From assembly GCA_002319885.1 (NCBI GenBank), contig DCFT01000112.1, positions 2,820-66,819 on the forward strand: DNA of 64,000 nt, given 5' to 3'. Made by a program: the position numbers and the translations under genes. Below, piece after piece: positions 19,807 through 29,326 of this stretch. Position 1 is the first letter of the stretch. Every line of letters begins with the position of its first letter. Below the pieces are notes generated by a model, which saw only the letters and a list, made by a program, of their open reading frames with translations, was not told the origin of the DNA and ran no database searches. The DNA comes from Bacteroidales bacterium UBA1797. GTDB taxonomy: Bacteria; Bacteroidota; Bacteroidia; Bacteroidales; VadinHA17.

Positions 19807-20450
19807 GTAATTAATAAAGTTAAGAATTCCATTTTTTGTTATGATTGTTTTAACTACCGTTTCAAATCTGACATACTTATAAGTTTTTAGAATCCCAGGC
19901 ATTCTAAATGCAAGCAATGGATGTCCTTCTATTGTTTTCATGAATTTTTGTAAGTTTTAATATGATAAAAGTAGTTTGGAGTAACAACTTTGTCAAGCCT
20001 CTGTCGCCCATTTTGTGGGGAACTAAACTTGTTTTCAAACTATTTGTCTTTCAAAACCGGAAGAATATTTACCAGTATAAGCCACTGATGTAACAAAGAG
20101 TATTCTTAGTCAAAATAGAGTACTAATTTATCAGCAATATGTCAGAGAATTTAAAATAACAGATTAGCTGCAATACATCTTTATGATTGTCTGACTATTA
20201 ACGAATCTGCCTGTAATTAATATAAGAATTTACGATTTTGACGAGTAATTTATTTGTAGGGATCAATTATATCAAAAAAGTTGAAAATTTGCCATTTAAA
20301 CTGGCTTTTATGCGGAAAGTTGATACAAAAAAGCAAATAGTAAAAGTTAAAAATTGTAGAAATTGAATCACATAATGCATTAATGCAGTATTTTCACCCA
20401 CTAAAATCTTAGAATAAGAAATTTAAACAACAAATCAGGAGGATAAACTT

Positions 20451-21596
20451 ATGCTCTATCGTCAACTTGGTAAAACAGGCATTGATCTTTCAATTCTGGG
20501 ATTCGGATGTATGCGACTTCCTATAATCGACCACAAACCTGAAAAAATTAACTATTCAATAGCAACTAAACTGCTTTATCATGCAATAGAAAATGGCGTT
20601 AATTATGTTGATACTGCCTATTTTTATCATGCTTCTGTTTTCGGACAACGTGGTGAAAGTGAACCTTTTGTTGGGGAGGCACTTTCCCGGGGACTGAGAA
20701 AAAAAGTGCATCTGGCCACTAAGATGCCACTTTTTCAACTGAGGCAAAAGGAACAGATGGAAACATATCTCTCGGAACAACTGGAAAGACTGAAAACAGA
20801 TTATTTAGATTTTTATCTCTTACACGGGCTCAATGGTGATTTATGGGACAAAATGAAAAGTTTTGGTGTTCGCGAGTTTCTCGATAAAAAGAAAGCTGAA
20901 GGAAAGATCAGATTCCCTGCATTTTCATTTCATGGAAAAACGGAGGATTTTATGAGAATTTGCGACGAATATGACTGGACATTCGGGCAGATACAATATA
21001 ACTATATGGATATAGATTTTCAGGCCGGATATAAAGGTCTTAAGTACGCAGCCGGTAAAGGAATCGGAGTAGTTGTGATGGAACCTTTAAAGGGCGGCAA
21101 ATTAGGGAATAATCTCCCATCTGAAATGACACCTGTCTTCAAAGAATCTTCTGCTAAAAGAAGCCCGGCTGAATGGGCACTGCGTTTTGTGTGGAACGAC
21201 GCCGCAGTAACAAGTCTTCTTTCGGGCATGAATAGCATGGAGCAATTGGAGGAAAATATCAAGGTAGCGAATAATGGAATTTCAGATTCTCTCAGCAAGG
21301 ATGACCTATTGATGTTTGACAAGCTGAGAAGTGCAATGAGCGTAAGGATCAAAGCAGATTGCACGGAGTGCAGATACTGTATGCCCTGCTCCTCCGGAGT
21401 GGATATCCCTGACGTTTTAGCCGCTCTTAACAACGCTGCCATCTGGAATGACGCCAACACATGGGTAACCGGTTATGTACGTGTAAAAGGCAAAGCAGGC
21501 AAATGTACAGAATGTAAGGAATGTGAGGAAGTATGTCCTCAGGGACTTCCAATATCGACTTTTATGAAAGAGGCTGTTTCTTTATTCAGAGAATAA
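20451..21596 (+). CDS. Aldo/keto reductase fused to a C-terminal 4Fe-4S ferredoxin-type domain
   Basis: 381-aa ORF. The AKR N-terminus is YRQLGKTGIDLSILGFGCMRLP...VNYVDTAYFY. The C-terminal Cys clusters are CTECRYCMPC and CTECKECEEVCP. Confidence 0.85.
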   Translation: MLYRQLGKTGIDLSILGFGCMRLPIIDHKPEKINYSIATKLLYHAIENGVNYVDTAYFYHASVFGQRGESEPFVGEALSRGLRKKVHLATKMPLFQLRQKEQMETYLSEQLERLKTDYLDFYLLHGLNGDLWDKMKSFGVREFLDKKKAEGKIRFPAFSFHGKTEDFMRICDEYDWTFGQIQYNYMDIDFQAGYKGLKYAAGKGIGVVVMEPLKGGKLGNNLPSEMTPVFKESSAKRSPAEWALRFVWNDAAVTSLLSGMNSMEQLEENIKVANNGISDSLSKDDLLMFDKLRSAMSVRIKADCTECRYCMPCSSGVDIPDVLAALNNAAIWNDANTWVTGYVRVKGKAGKCTECKECEEVCPQGLPISTFMKEAVSLFRE

Positions 21597-21789
21597 TAAA
21601 AATAAAATCAGTGCCGGTATTTACATTTTATTTTAAAGAATTATTACTAACAATAATTTTGCCTTTATAATTATCTCTTTCTGTTACTACCCTGTTGGAA
21701 TAAATGCTAATATCAGGATGAATAATAATATTATCATCTTAATCTTTAACTTTACAAAAAGAAACCGCATTTCATATAAAAGACAGATT

Positions 21790-22179
21790 ATGAAAACTCT
21801 GATTCTCGTTTCATTGCTAACCATTCTCACATTTTCAGCATTTGGCCAGGGAAGAAGCTCTACCTTATATGTTGATGCTTACAAAAGGGATAAAAACATG
21901 GAAAGAATCGGCGGAGCATTAACCGTTTTTGGCGGAGTTACACTTTTTGTTGGTAATATATTGTACTGGAAAGTATATCATGATAATAACGGAACATCAA
22001 CAGATTATGTGAATGCATACCGAAATATCATGCTTGGAGGTCTCGGACTGATGGTGATCGGAATTCCAATATGGTCGTATGGTAAAGCAAACGAGAGGCA
22101 TATAAGAATTGATGCAGAACTTATTAACTTTAGAGGATTAGCACTTACGAATGGTGTTGGATTACGAATAAAGTTTTAA
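21790..22179 (+). CDS. Hypothetical small membrane/secreted protein
   Basis: The track ORF starts at 21718. The internal ATG at 21790 gives a signal peptide (MKTLILVSLLTILTFSAFGQG). Two hydrophobic segments follow, and the protein ends in ...GLRIKF. Confidence 0.4.
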   Translation: MKTLILVSLLTILTFSAFGQGRSSTLYVDAYKRDKNMERIGGALTVFGGVTLFVGNILYWKVYHDNNGTSTDYVNAYRNIMLGGLGLMVIGIPIWSYGKANERHIRIDAELINFRGLALTNGVGLRIKF

Positions 22180-22198
22180 TTAATACAAAAAGACAAAC

Positions 22199-23230
22199 AT
22201 GGAAAAGAAATCCGGATTATCTGAAAGCAGAAGGAGACTTCTTAAAGGTTTGGCAGTTCTTCCATTTGCAGGAAGCTTTTCGATTGCCTCAGCTGCAACA
22301 CGGCTTATGTCAAACAATCAGGGGTATCTTACTGATGAAGCGAAGGATTCGTTAAAAAATCTGAAAGGAGTGCTTCCAAAAGGGAAACTTGGAAAATATG
22401 AGATAAGCAGGCTTGTAATGGGCTGCAATCCAATGGGAGGATGGTCGCATTCAAGAGATCTTTCTTATGTCGGGCAACTAAGCAAACACTGGCATACCGA
22501 GACGAAAATGAAGGAAACATGGGCAATAGCAGAACAGGCGGGTATTAATTTTTGTAACCTCGTGGAATTTCAATACAAGGCATTCAATGAGTTCAAAAGA
22601 GAGACAGGAAGTAAAATGATGAATGTGTGTCAGTGTTCTATTGGTCAGCCCGCTGACAGACTGGCTCCTGTTAAAAAAGCGGTTGCTGACGGAGCCGATT
22701 TCATCTACATCCAGGGTGAGAATGTTGATAGCCTGGCAAAAACCAACGCGATTGATGTCTTGCTGAAAACTGTCGATTATATACGGAGCCAGGGCCTCCT
22801 TGCCGGTGTTGGCGCTCACTCCATAAAAAGTATTAAAGCTTCAATTGATGTAGGTGTCAAACCTGATTTTTATTATAAAACTTTTCATCACGACAATTAC
22901 TGGTCAGTTACACCTCCTGAAAACAGAAAAGAATACCCGACCTATCCAACAACTCCAATAACTGACCGTAATCAATGGAATGATAATATGTGGGATCAGT
23001 TTTATGAACAGACCATTGAAACCTTCAAAACCATCGATGTGCCTTTCTTTGGATTTAAGGTTTTGGCGGCTGGTTCGATAGAGCCGAAGAATGGTATTCG
23101 CTGGGCATATGAGAATGGAGCCGATTTTGTTTGTCTGGGTATGTACGATTTCCAGGTGGTTGATGATGTAAACACAACTATTGATATATTAGGAAGCCTT
23201 GGAAAACGTGATAGACCCTGGTATTCATAA
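22199..23230 (+). CDS. Tat-signal periplasmic protein of unknown function
   Basis: 343-aa ORF with a twin-arginine motif (SESRRRLLKGLAVLPFAGS). I do not securely recognise the remainder. Confidence 0.6.
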   Translation: MEKKSGLSESRRRLLKGLAVLPFAGSFSIASAATRLMSNNQGYLTDEAKDSLKNLKGVLPKGKLGKYEISRLVMGCNPMGGWSHSRDLSYVGQLSKHWHTETKMKETWAIAEQAGINFCNLVEFQYKAFNEFKRETGSKMMNVCQCSIGQPADRLAPVKKAVADGADFIYIQGENVDSLAKTNAIDVLLKTVDYIRSQGLLAGVGAHSIKSIKASIDVGVKPDFYYKTFHHDNYWSVTPPENRKEYPTYPTTPITDRNQWNDNMWDQFYEQTIETFKTIDVPFFGFKVLAAGSIEPKNGIRWAYENGADFVCLGMYDFQVVDDVNTTIDILGSLGKRDRPWYS

Positions 23231-23323
23231 AAAGTTCACCAGTATCTTATGCACTTATAATTTTTAACATAACAGGTTAAAAATCTTATTTGATTTAAAT
23301 ACCCGGAGAATTCACTTTTAAGA

Positions 23324-23830
23324 TTAGTCTTTTACTCTGGTATATGTTTCAACTCCAAGCGATTTGTTATTCACTATTTCTTCACGTGTAACCAGATCAG
23401 GTGATTTGACATCGAATATTACTCTAAAACTTGCTTTTTCAGGATTTGAAGCAAACTCAAAGGGAACCTGTTCGCACCTGTTTTTGGCTGTGAACCATAA
23501 AATGCCCATCATAAAATTTGGAGCGTCTTTTACAAATCCGGCAGTAATCATTTTATCCCTCTTTTTGTCATATCCCCATAACTCCTTCATTTCCATCCAG
23601 AGTTTACCCTGTGTAACACTCTTTAGATTGAATTCAACCCCATCATTTCCATAGGGTTTAATTTCTGCTGTATAGACAGTGTCTTTAAAAGTTTTATTTT
23701 CCCAGGTGCCAATAAATTGTTTCAGAAGTTCAGCCTGATTGAGGTCGCTTTGCATAGTCTGTGCGTGTATTACATTAATACTTAGTAAAAAGAATACTGC
23801 AACCACTGCGATTGAATAATTTTTTCTCAT
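23324..23830 (-). CDS. Hypothetical secreted protein
   Basis: 168-aa ORF with a signal peptide (AVVAVFFLLSINVIHAQ). I recognise no family. Confidence 0.55.
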   Translation of the reverse strand: MRKNYSIAVVAVFFLLSINVIHAQTMQSDLNQAELLKQFIGTWENKTFKDTVYTAEIKPYGNDGVEFNLKSVTQGKLWMEMKELWGYDKKRDKMITAGFVKDAPNFMMGILWFTAKNRCEQVPFEFASNPEKASFRVIFDVKSPDLVTREEIVNNKSLGVETYTRVKD

Positions 23831-23942
23831 AAGTTATATTTATTAATGAATGATTTGTAAAAATCTGATTACCAAACAACTTTTGGCTGATATTGTTCAT
23901 AATCAGGTATAAGAATAAATAAAAGAAATAATTCACCATGTG

Positions 23943-23976
23943 TTACGATATATTACGATATATTGTTATAAATTTG
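23943..23976 (+). promoter_or_regulatory. Tandem direct repeat TTACGATATA x2 abutting a TAAATTTG (-7-like) box upstream of the PadR gene
   Basis: ttacgatata occurs at 23943-23952 and again at 23953-23962. taaatttg at 23969-23976 fits the Bacteroidota TAnnTTTG consensus. The PadR ATG is at 24017. Confidence 0.35.
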
Positions 23977-24016
23977 TGAAATGTTTGATTTTAACTTAAA
24001 TCTAAAGAACTGAAAG

Positions 24017-24529
24017 ATGGCTGACAACCATTTTAAAGATAATCCAAAACAATCACGCCTCTTTAAGAAGGGTGATCTGAAATATATAATCCTTGATATA
24101 GTTAAAGATTGTCCGTCACATGGATATGATATAATATCAGTTCTGGAGGATCGTTTTCACGGACTCTATTCTCCTAGTGCCGGAAGTATTTATCCGATAC
24201 TTCAGTTTCTCGAAAGTGAAGATTTTGTCACAGCCTGCAGGAAGGATGGGCGAAATGTATTTACGATCACAGATGCCGGTATAAAATATCTTAAAGAAGA
24301 GAAAGTTACAACAGACAAGATAAAGGAACGCTTCAAGAACTTGTGGGGGTGCTCCAACAGGGAATATCTTCAGGATGTAAGGACTGTATTGAATTATTCA
24401 TCTGAATTACGACATATAATCGGCCGGCTGGCTATGAGTAAAGACACTGAAAAAGTCGCTATTCTTAAAGGGAAACTTTCCAAAGCATTGATTGATATTA
24501 AAAAAATAACCGAAGAAGATAATATATAA
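24017..24529 (+). CDS. PadR-family transcriptional regulator
   Basis: 170-aa ORF. The winged-helix region LKYIILDIVKDCPSHGYDIISVLEDRFHGLYSPSAGSIYPILQFLESEDFV is typical of PadR. Confidence 0.85.
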   Translation: MADNHFKDNPKQSRLFKKGDLKYIILDIVKDCPSHGYDIISVLEDRFHGLYSPSAGSIYPILQFLESEDFVTACRKDGRNVFTITDAGIKYLKEEKVTTDKIKERFKNLWGCSNREYLQDVRTVLNYSSELRHIIGRLAMSKDTEKVAILKGKLSKALIDIKKITEEDNI

Positions 24530-24598
24530 TTAAAATATCCCGGTGTCATAATCGTCTAATTATAATATGATACTAAACAAAAACAAAAACAAATACAT

Positions 24599-26380
24599 AT
24601 GGGATCAGAAGTTTTAGTGAAGAATAAGGGGAAAAAAACAGGCAGTGGACTGAGAGAACTTCTTAAACTATATCGGTTTTTAAAGCCATACCGATGGAAA
24701 TTTGCCCTTGGAATGTTGTTTTTACTGATTTCAAGCGGAGCAAGCCTTATGTTTCCAAAATTTCTTGGCAATATGGTAGATCTGGGAAACAAAGGAAAGA
24801 TGATCTCTGAGATAACTCATACAGGATTAATTCTTCTGGCAATAATTCTTGTTCAGGCAATATTTTCCTACTCACGGATACGGATATTTGTTGAAGTAAC
24901 AGAAAAAACACTGGCCTCAATACGTCAGCATTTATACAACCACCTGATCAAGTTGCCTATGAGTTTTTTTGCGTCACGAAGAGTAGGTGAGCTGAATAGC
25001 CGTATTTCCTCCGACATTTCCCTGTTACAGGATTCACTCACTTCAACCCTTGCCGATTTGTTGTCTCAGATCATACTGATAACAGGTGGAATTACACTAA
25101 TGACTATAAGTTCCTTCAAGCTCACTTTATTCATGTTATCAATTTTGCCAGCTGTTGCACTCTTTGCTTTCTTTTCAGGAAGAGCTATCCGCAGGTATTC
25201 AAAGAAAGCACAGGGATATGTGGCTGAATCAAATACAATTGTTGAAGAGACTCTACAGGGAATACAAAATGTAAAAGCTTTTACAAATGAATTATTTGAA
25301 ATAAACAGGTACCGCGATAAGACAATTGAAGTAGCAAAGGCCGGTATAAAGGGCGGTAAGTATCAGGCCGCCATGTCATTTATTGTTCTGGCATTTTTCA
25401 TGGCCATGGGTGCTGTGATATGGAGAGGTGCAACATTAATTGCTTCAGGCCAGATGGCAGCCGGTCAGCTTTTTTCATTTGTAATTTATTCGGGGTTTAT
25501 AGCAGGCAATATTGCAGGGATGGCGGGTGTATATACACGTCTTCAAAAAGCAATCGGTGCTGCAGAGAAATTGTTACTTCTGCTCGACGAACCTGCAGAA
25601 GCGGTGGATGAAAAGTATGATCATAAACTTTCCAATACATTGCATGGGCAGATTGTTTTTGACAATGTTGCATTCGAATACCCTTCAAGGAAAGAAAATG
25701 TAGTGTTACGTAATGTAAGCTTCAGAGTTGAACCTGGCCAGCAGGTTGCACTAGTTGGTCCCAGCGGAGCTGGAAAATCAACTATTGTTTCTCTGTTGCT
25801 AAAATTCTATGACCCAACGAATGGAGCAATTCTCTTCGACGGCCGCGACAACCGTAGTTTTCCAATTACAGCACTTCGTGCTCAGATGGCGATAGTCCCA
25901 CAGGATGTATTCCTGTTCGGAGGAACCATTCTTGAGAATATTGCATACGGGAAACCCGGGTCAGGCGAAGAGGAGATTATTGAAGCTGCCAGACAGGCGA
26001 ATGCATGGGATTTTATACAGACTTTCCCGGAAAAACTTAATACTATTGTAGGAGAACGGGGAGTACAGCTCTCAGGTGGCCAACGCCAACGTATTGCAAT
26101 CGCCAGGGCAGTTCTTAAGAATCCGAAAATTCTGATCCTCGATGAAGCTACTTCGTCACTTGATTCTGAATCTGAAAGGCTGGTTCAGGAAGCACTCGAT
26201 AAGCTTATGAATGGACGAACCTCAGTAGTGATTGCACATCGTCTGGCCACTATTCGTAATGCCGACAAAATTATCGTTCTTGAAAACGGAACAATAATTG
26301 AACAGGGAACACATAACGAACTTCTCTCCAATAAAAATGGTTTATATAAGACACTCACAGAATTACAGTTTGCAGTGTGA
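24599..26380 (+). CDS. ABC exporter, fused permease + ATPase (ABCB/MsbA-like)
   Basis: 593-aa ORF. It has six predicted TM segments, Walker A GPSGAGKST, the signature LSGGQRQRIAIARA and Walker B ILILDEATSSLD. Confidence 0.9.
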   Translation: MGSEVLVKNKGKKTGSGLRELLKLYRFLKPYRWKFALGMLFLLISSGASLMFPKFLGNMVDLGNKGKMISEITHTGLILLAIILVQAIFSYSRIRIFVEVTEKTLASIRQHLYNHLIKLPMSFFASRRVGELNSRISSDISLLQDSLTSTLADLLSQIILITGGITLMTISSFKLTLFMLSILPAVALFAFFSGRAIRRYSKKAQGYVAESNTIVEETLQGIQNVKAFTNELFEINRYRDKTIEVAKAGIKGGKYQAAMSFIVLAFFMAMGAVIWRGATLIASGQMAAGQLFSFVIYSGFIAGNIAGMAGVYTRLQKAIGAAEKLLLLLDEPAEAVDEKYDHKLSNTLHGQIVFDNVAFEYPSRKENVVLRNVSFRVEPGQQVALVGPSGAGKSTIVSLLLKFYDPTNGAILFDGRDNRSFPITALRAQMAIVPQDVFLFGGTILENIAYGKPGSGEEEIIEAARQANAWDFIQTFPEKLNTIVGERGVQLSGGQRQRIAIARAVLKNPKILILDEATSSLDSESERLVQEALDKLMNGRTSVVIAHRLATIRNADKIIVLENGTIIEQGTHNELLSNKNGLYKTLTELQFAV

Positions 26381-26382
26381 AT

Positions 26383-26410
26383 AAAAAGAGACGCCCAAAC
26401 CGGGCGTCTC
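26383..26410 (-). terminator. Rho-independent-type terminator between convergent genes
   Basis: The 9-bp GC-rich stem is gagacgccc / gggcgtctc (26388-26410). On the minus strand it is followed by a T-run (plus-strand aaaaa at 26383-26387). Confidence 0.5.
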
Positions 26411-26452
26411 AACCAACTAATATGCATGAAATAAATAGCTTATAGATTCAAT

Positions 26453-27529
26453 CTAGATAAGAATCTGCCGGGCATAATGAGCACAGGTCCTAACCTCTTT
26501 TACTGAATTTGACCATGGTTTAACATCATATTCAAGTTCAATATCACAAAAGATAGGCCATCCCTTCTGTTTTATATTCAACAAAATATCCTCCAGAGGA
26601 CATTCTCCCTGACCCCATACCTGATTTGTATTCGCCGGGTCAGTCTTAGGACCGGTTTTGTCTTTAATATGGATGCTGACAATACGATCGTGATACTTAT
26701 CGATGATCGTATTCGGATGAATCCCCGTTGAACCAAAGAAGTGTCCTGAATCGAAATTAAACATAACAGCAGGTGAGATAGCCATAAACGGATCATAGCT
26801 GAACCCTGGTGTTGCAAACTGAAAATGAGTGTGGAATATTGCAAACATTCCATGTTTCTCAGCAAAAGGAGCGAGTTTCTTAACTGCTTCCATCCCAAGC
26901 TCTTCGCTTACTCCTTTGGCGCCAAGTGCTTTAGCTGCTTTAAATGCATAATCAATTTCCCCATCTGACCATCTTGCAGGTGAAAATTTAACTATATGGA
27001 TGTTTATGCCTGCATTGTCGAACATTTTTCGGACATCTTCAATTTTTGATATTGGAAGAGCTAAGCGCCACTCTTTGATTTCCTTTTCATACTTTGCTAT
27101 TTCAGCTTTCTGCTCAGGAGTAAATTCAGGTCTCTTGAAGGCTGGAGGTGGAGCGCCTGCAGGTGCACCTGCTGCAGGTTTTGGAGCTGCAGGAGGATGA
27201 GCAAACATTGCCATCATTGGATTCTTGGGTGCCCCGAGAGAATCTTCCACGTCACCACTCATCAACTCAATTGAATTGATCCCTGTCTCGCTGCAATATT
27301 TGATTATATTTTCAACTCCTCCTTCTCTGTCACGCCAGCTGTACGTTATTGTACCAATCTGAACGCCACCAAAATTTGAATCTGGTTTTGTTCCGGGAAC
27401 CACTTTCCCCACTATTGTGCTTTTGCCAAACAAATTAACCGGAATCAGCGAAAAAGCAGCAACTGTGGCAGTGCTCCCAAGGAATTTACGTCTTGAGAGG
27501 CTCTGTTTTGATTTGTTCTTGTCTTCCAT
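26453..27529 (-). CDS. Tat-exported sugar-phosphate isomerase/epimerase-like (xylose-isomerase-like TIM barrel) protein
   Basis: 358-aa ORF with Tat motif SRRKFLGSTATVAAF. TIM-barrel family landmarks are INSIELMS, FDSGHF, IHIKD and CDIELEY. It contains a Pro/Ala-rich insert. Confidence 0.8.
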   Translation of the reverse strand: MEDKNKSKQSLSRRKFLGSTATVAAFSLIPVNLFGKSTIVGKVVPGTKPDSNFGGVQIGTITYSWRDREGGVENIIKYCSETGINSIELMSGDVEDSLGAPKNPMMAMFAHPPAAPKPAAGAPAGAPPPAFKRPEFTPEQKAEIAKYEKEIKEWRLALPISKIEDVRKMFDNAGINIHIVKFSPARWSDGEIDYAFKAAKALGAKGVSEELGMEAVKKLAPFAEKHGMFAIFHTHFQFATPGFSYDPFMAISPAVMFNFDSGHFFGSTGIHPNTIIDKYHDRIVSIHIKDKTGPKTDPANTNQVWGQGECPLEDILLNIKQKGWPIFCDIELEYDVKPWSNSVKEVRTCAHYARQILI

Positions 27530-27570
27530 ATTTTCTTTATTTGAATTAAAAAATTATTGCCTTTACAAAA

Positions 27571-29112
27571 TTACAGGCTCCAGCCATTACGGTATTCATA
27601 CTGAAACAGACTGTTTGCTTCAGGAAGATTTGTGATTTTCATATTAGCTGCATCATATTCCAGAGTTATATCATCAAGCTGATGTTTTACTGCAATATTG
27701 GTCAGCAACATTATCTCAGTAAGCTTTGATGAAATAGAAAAATCGTTACAGGATTTTTTACCGGCTTTGATAGCCCCTACCCAGTCTTCAAATATATTTC
27801 CGGTGCGGGGAAGCCATGCATCAGGACCTTTGAAGTCATCATTTCCGGGAATAAGCTCAGGCATGGCACCATGACTTGCATGAGTTAATATGCCTTTGTC
27901 ACCATAATAAGTAGCATCTTTCATTGCCCTGCCTGGTTCCAGACTGTCAGGCCGGGGAGGTCTAAGTCCACCGTCACACCAGGTAACCTTCACTGCCGGC
28001 ATATCACCTCTGGCAGGGAATTCATATGTAACCATCTCACATAAAGGCATATAATCAGTACTATATGGTGAACTCGTAGCCTGAATTTTAGTAGGCATAC
28101 CCAGATTCAGGGCCCATATCGGTGCATCAAAAATATGAGCCCCCATATCTCCCATAGCACCGGTACCATAATCCCACAATCCTCTCCAGTTGAAATGAAG
28201 TGCTTTAGGATTATAAGGTTTGTATGGAGCTGGTCCCAACCATACTTCATAATTCAGTTCTTTAGGAACAGGCATACCTTCAGGTCTCTTTATATCGCCC
28301 TGTGGCCAGAAACCCATTGGACGGTTTGTAGATAACTGCACGTCTGTTACCTTTCCTATTACTCCAGATTGTATCCACTCAACAGTCTTACGTGTTCCTT
28401 CTGTGGCATGTCCCTGGTTTCCCATCTGTGTAACCACCCCGGTTTCTTTTGCCAGTTCTGCAAGTTTACGGACCTCAAAAATTGTTTTTGCCATCGGTTT
28501 CTCAAGGTACACATGTTTTTTTGCCCGCATAAATGCAGCCGCAATCATAGCATGATTATGGTCGGGCGTACCAATTACAACAGCATCAATTGATTTTTCC
28601 TTGTCAAGCAATTCCCGCCAGTCATTATAAATTTTAGCCTTTGGATATCCTTTAAAGATATGGCCCGCATAATTTGGATCCACATCACAGAGAGCATAAA
28701 TGTTCGCAAGTTTTATCGGGCCTTTATCTGCAGCGCCCATCTGCACAGGTGCATTTGTATTAGGGCCAGGCTTTCCTTCTTTAGAAGCCATCCGTTTCAT
28801 CATCTCAGCCATCCTTGCCTGTTGGGCAGCAATCTGCTCTTTAGTCATAGGAGTGCCGTCAAAGTTTCTCACCGGCCTGATAATAGGAACATCCGGAGTG
28901 CATAACTGCTGTATATCTCCACCTCCCTGGCTTCCAACACCAATTCCGGCTACATTGATAATATCGCTTGGAGGAGTATACCCTTTACCACCCAAAACAA
29001 ATCGGGGAACAATTGTAAATGCGGCAGCTGCGGTGGCCGTAGTACCCAGAAAGCTACGTCTTGACAGATTTTTTCCAGGTAAATCTTTCATGTTATCCTT
29101 TTTCTGACCCAT
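27571..29112 (-). CDS. Tat-exported Gfo/Idh/MocA-family oxidoreductase
   Basis: 513-aa ORF with Tat motif SRRSFLGTTATAAAAF. The Rossmann region is INVAGIGVGSQGG...DAVVIGTPDHNHAMIAAAFMRAKKHVYLEKPMA. Confidence 0.85.
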   Translation of the reverse strand: MGQKKDNMKDLPGKNLSRRSFLGTTATAAAAFTIVPRFVLGGKGYTPPSDIINVAGIGVGSQGGGDIQQLCTPDVPIIRPVRNFDGTPMTKEQIAAQQARMAEMMKRMASKEGKPGPNTNAPVQMGAADKGPIKLANIYALCDVDPNYAGHIFKGYPKAKIYNDWRELLDKEKSIDAVVIGTPDHNHAMIAAAFMRAKKHVYLEKPMAKTIFEVRKLAELAKETGVVTQMGNQGHATEGTRKTVEWIQSGVIGKVTDVQLSTNRPMGFWPQGDIKRPEGMPVPKELNYEVWLGPAPYKPYNPKALHFNWRGLWDYGTGAMGDMGAHIFDAPIWALNLGMPTKIQATSSPYSTDYMPLCEMVTYEFPARGDMPAVKVTWCDGGLRPPRPDSLEPGRAMKDATYYGDKGILTHASHGAMPELIPGNDDFKGPDAWLPRTGNIFEDWVGAIKAGKKSCNDFSISSKLTEIMLLTNIAVKHQLDDITLEYDAANMKITNLPEANSLFQYEYRNGWSL

Positions 29113-29270
29113 AATAAGAGAATTATTGAAGTTTATAAAGAAATAAAGCTCCTAAATTTACTCAATATCTCACCCCTTATCAATGAATCGTTAAACAATT
29201 TGGCCTGTTTAATTATTTTTAACAAATGAATATTCCGGGCTTTTTACTATTCAACAGATATGGAAATAAA

Positions 29271-29302
29271 AATGAAAAACCCGGATATATTCTACCCGGG
29301 TT
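29271..29302 (-). terminator. Rho-independent-type terminator after glnK
   Basis: The 7-bp stem is aacccgg / ccgggtt (29278-29302). On the minus strand it is followed by tttttcattttt. Confidence 0.5.
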
Positions 29303-29326
29303 ACAATGTTTAAAAACTGATAAACC

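Noticed and set aside
20436-20443. Strong Shine-Dalgarno-like AGGAGG 8 nt upstream of the aldo/keto reductase ATG, considered as a hint of foreign origin because Bacteroidota rarely use SD sequences.
   Set aside because: This is a single occurrence, composition of the gene looks like its neighbours by eye, and there are no flanking mobility signatures.
21597-21660. A/T-only inverted repeat (aaaataaaat ... attttatttt) after the aldo/keto reductase gene, as a possible terminator.
   Set aside because: The stem consists only of A-T pairs, so it is too weak and too likely by chance in this composition to call.
23260-23284. 9-bp A/T-rich hairpin (atttttaac / gttaaaaat) between convergent genes.
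   Set aside because: It may be a terminator, but the stem is almost all A-T and the T-tract is interrupted. I did not list it as a feature.
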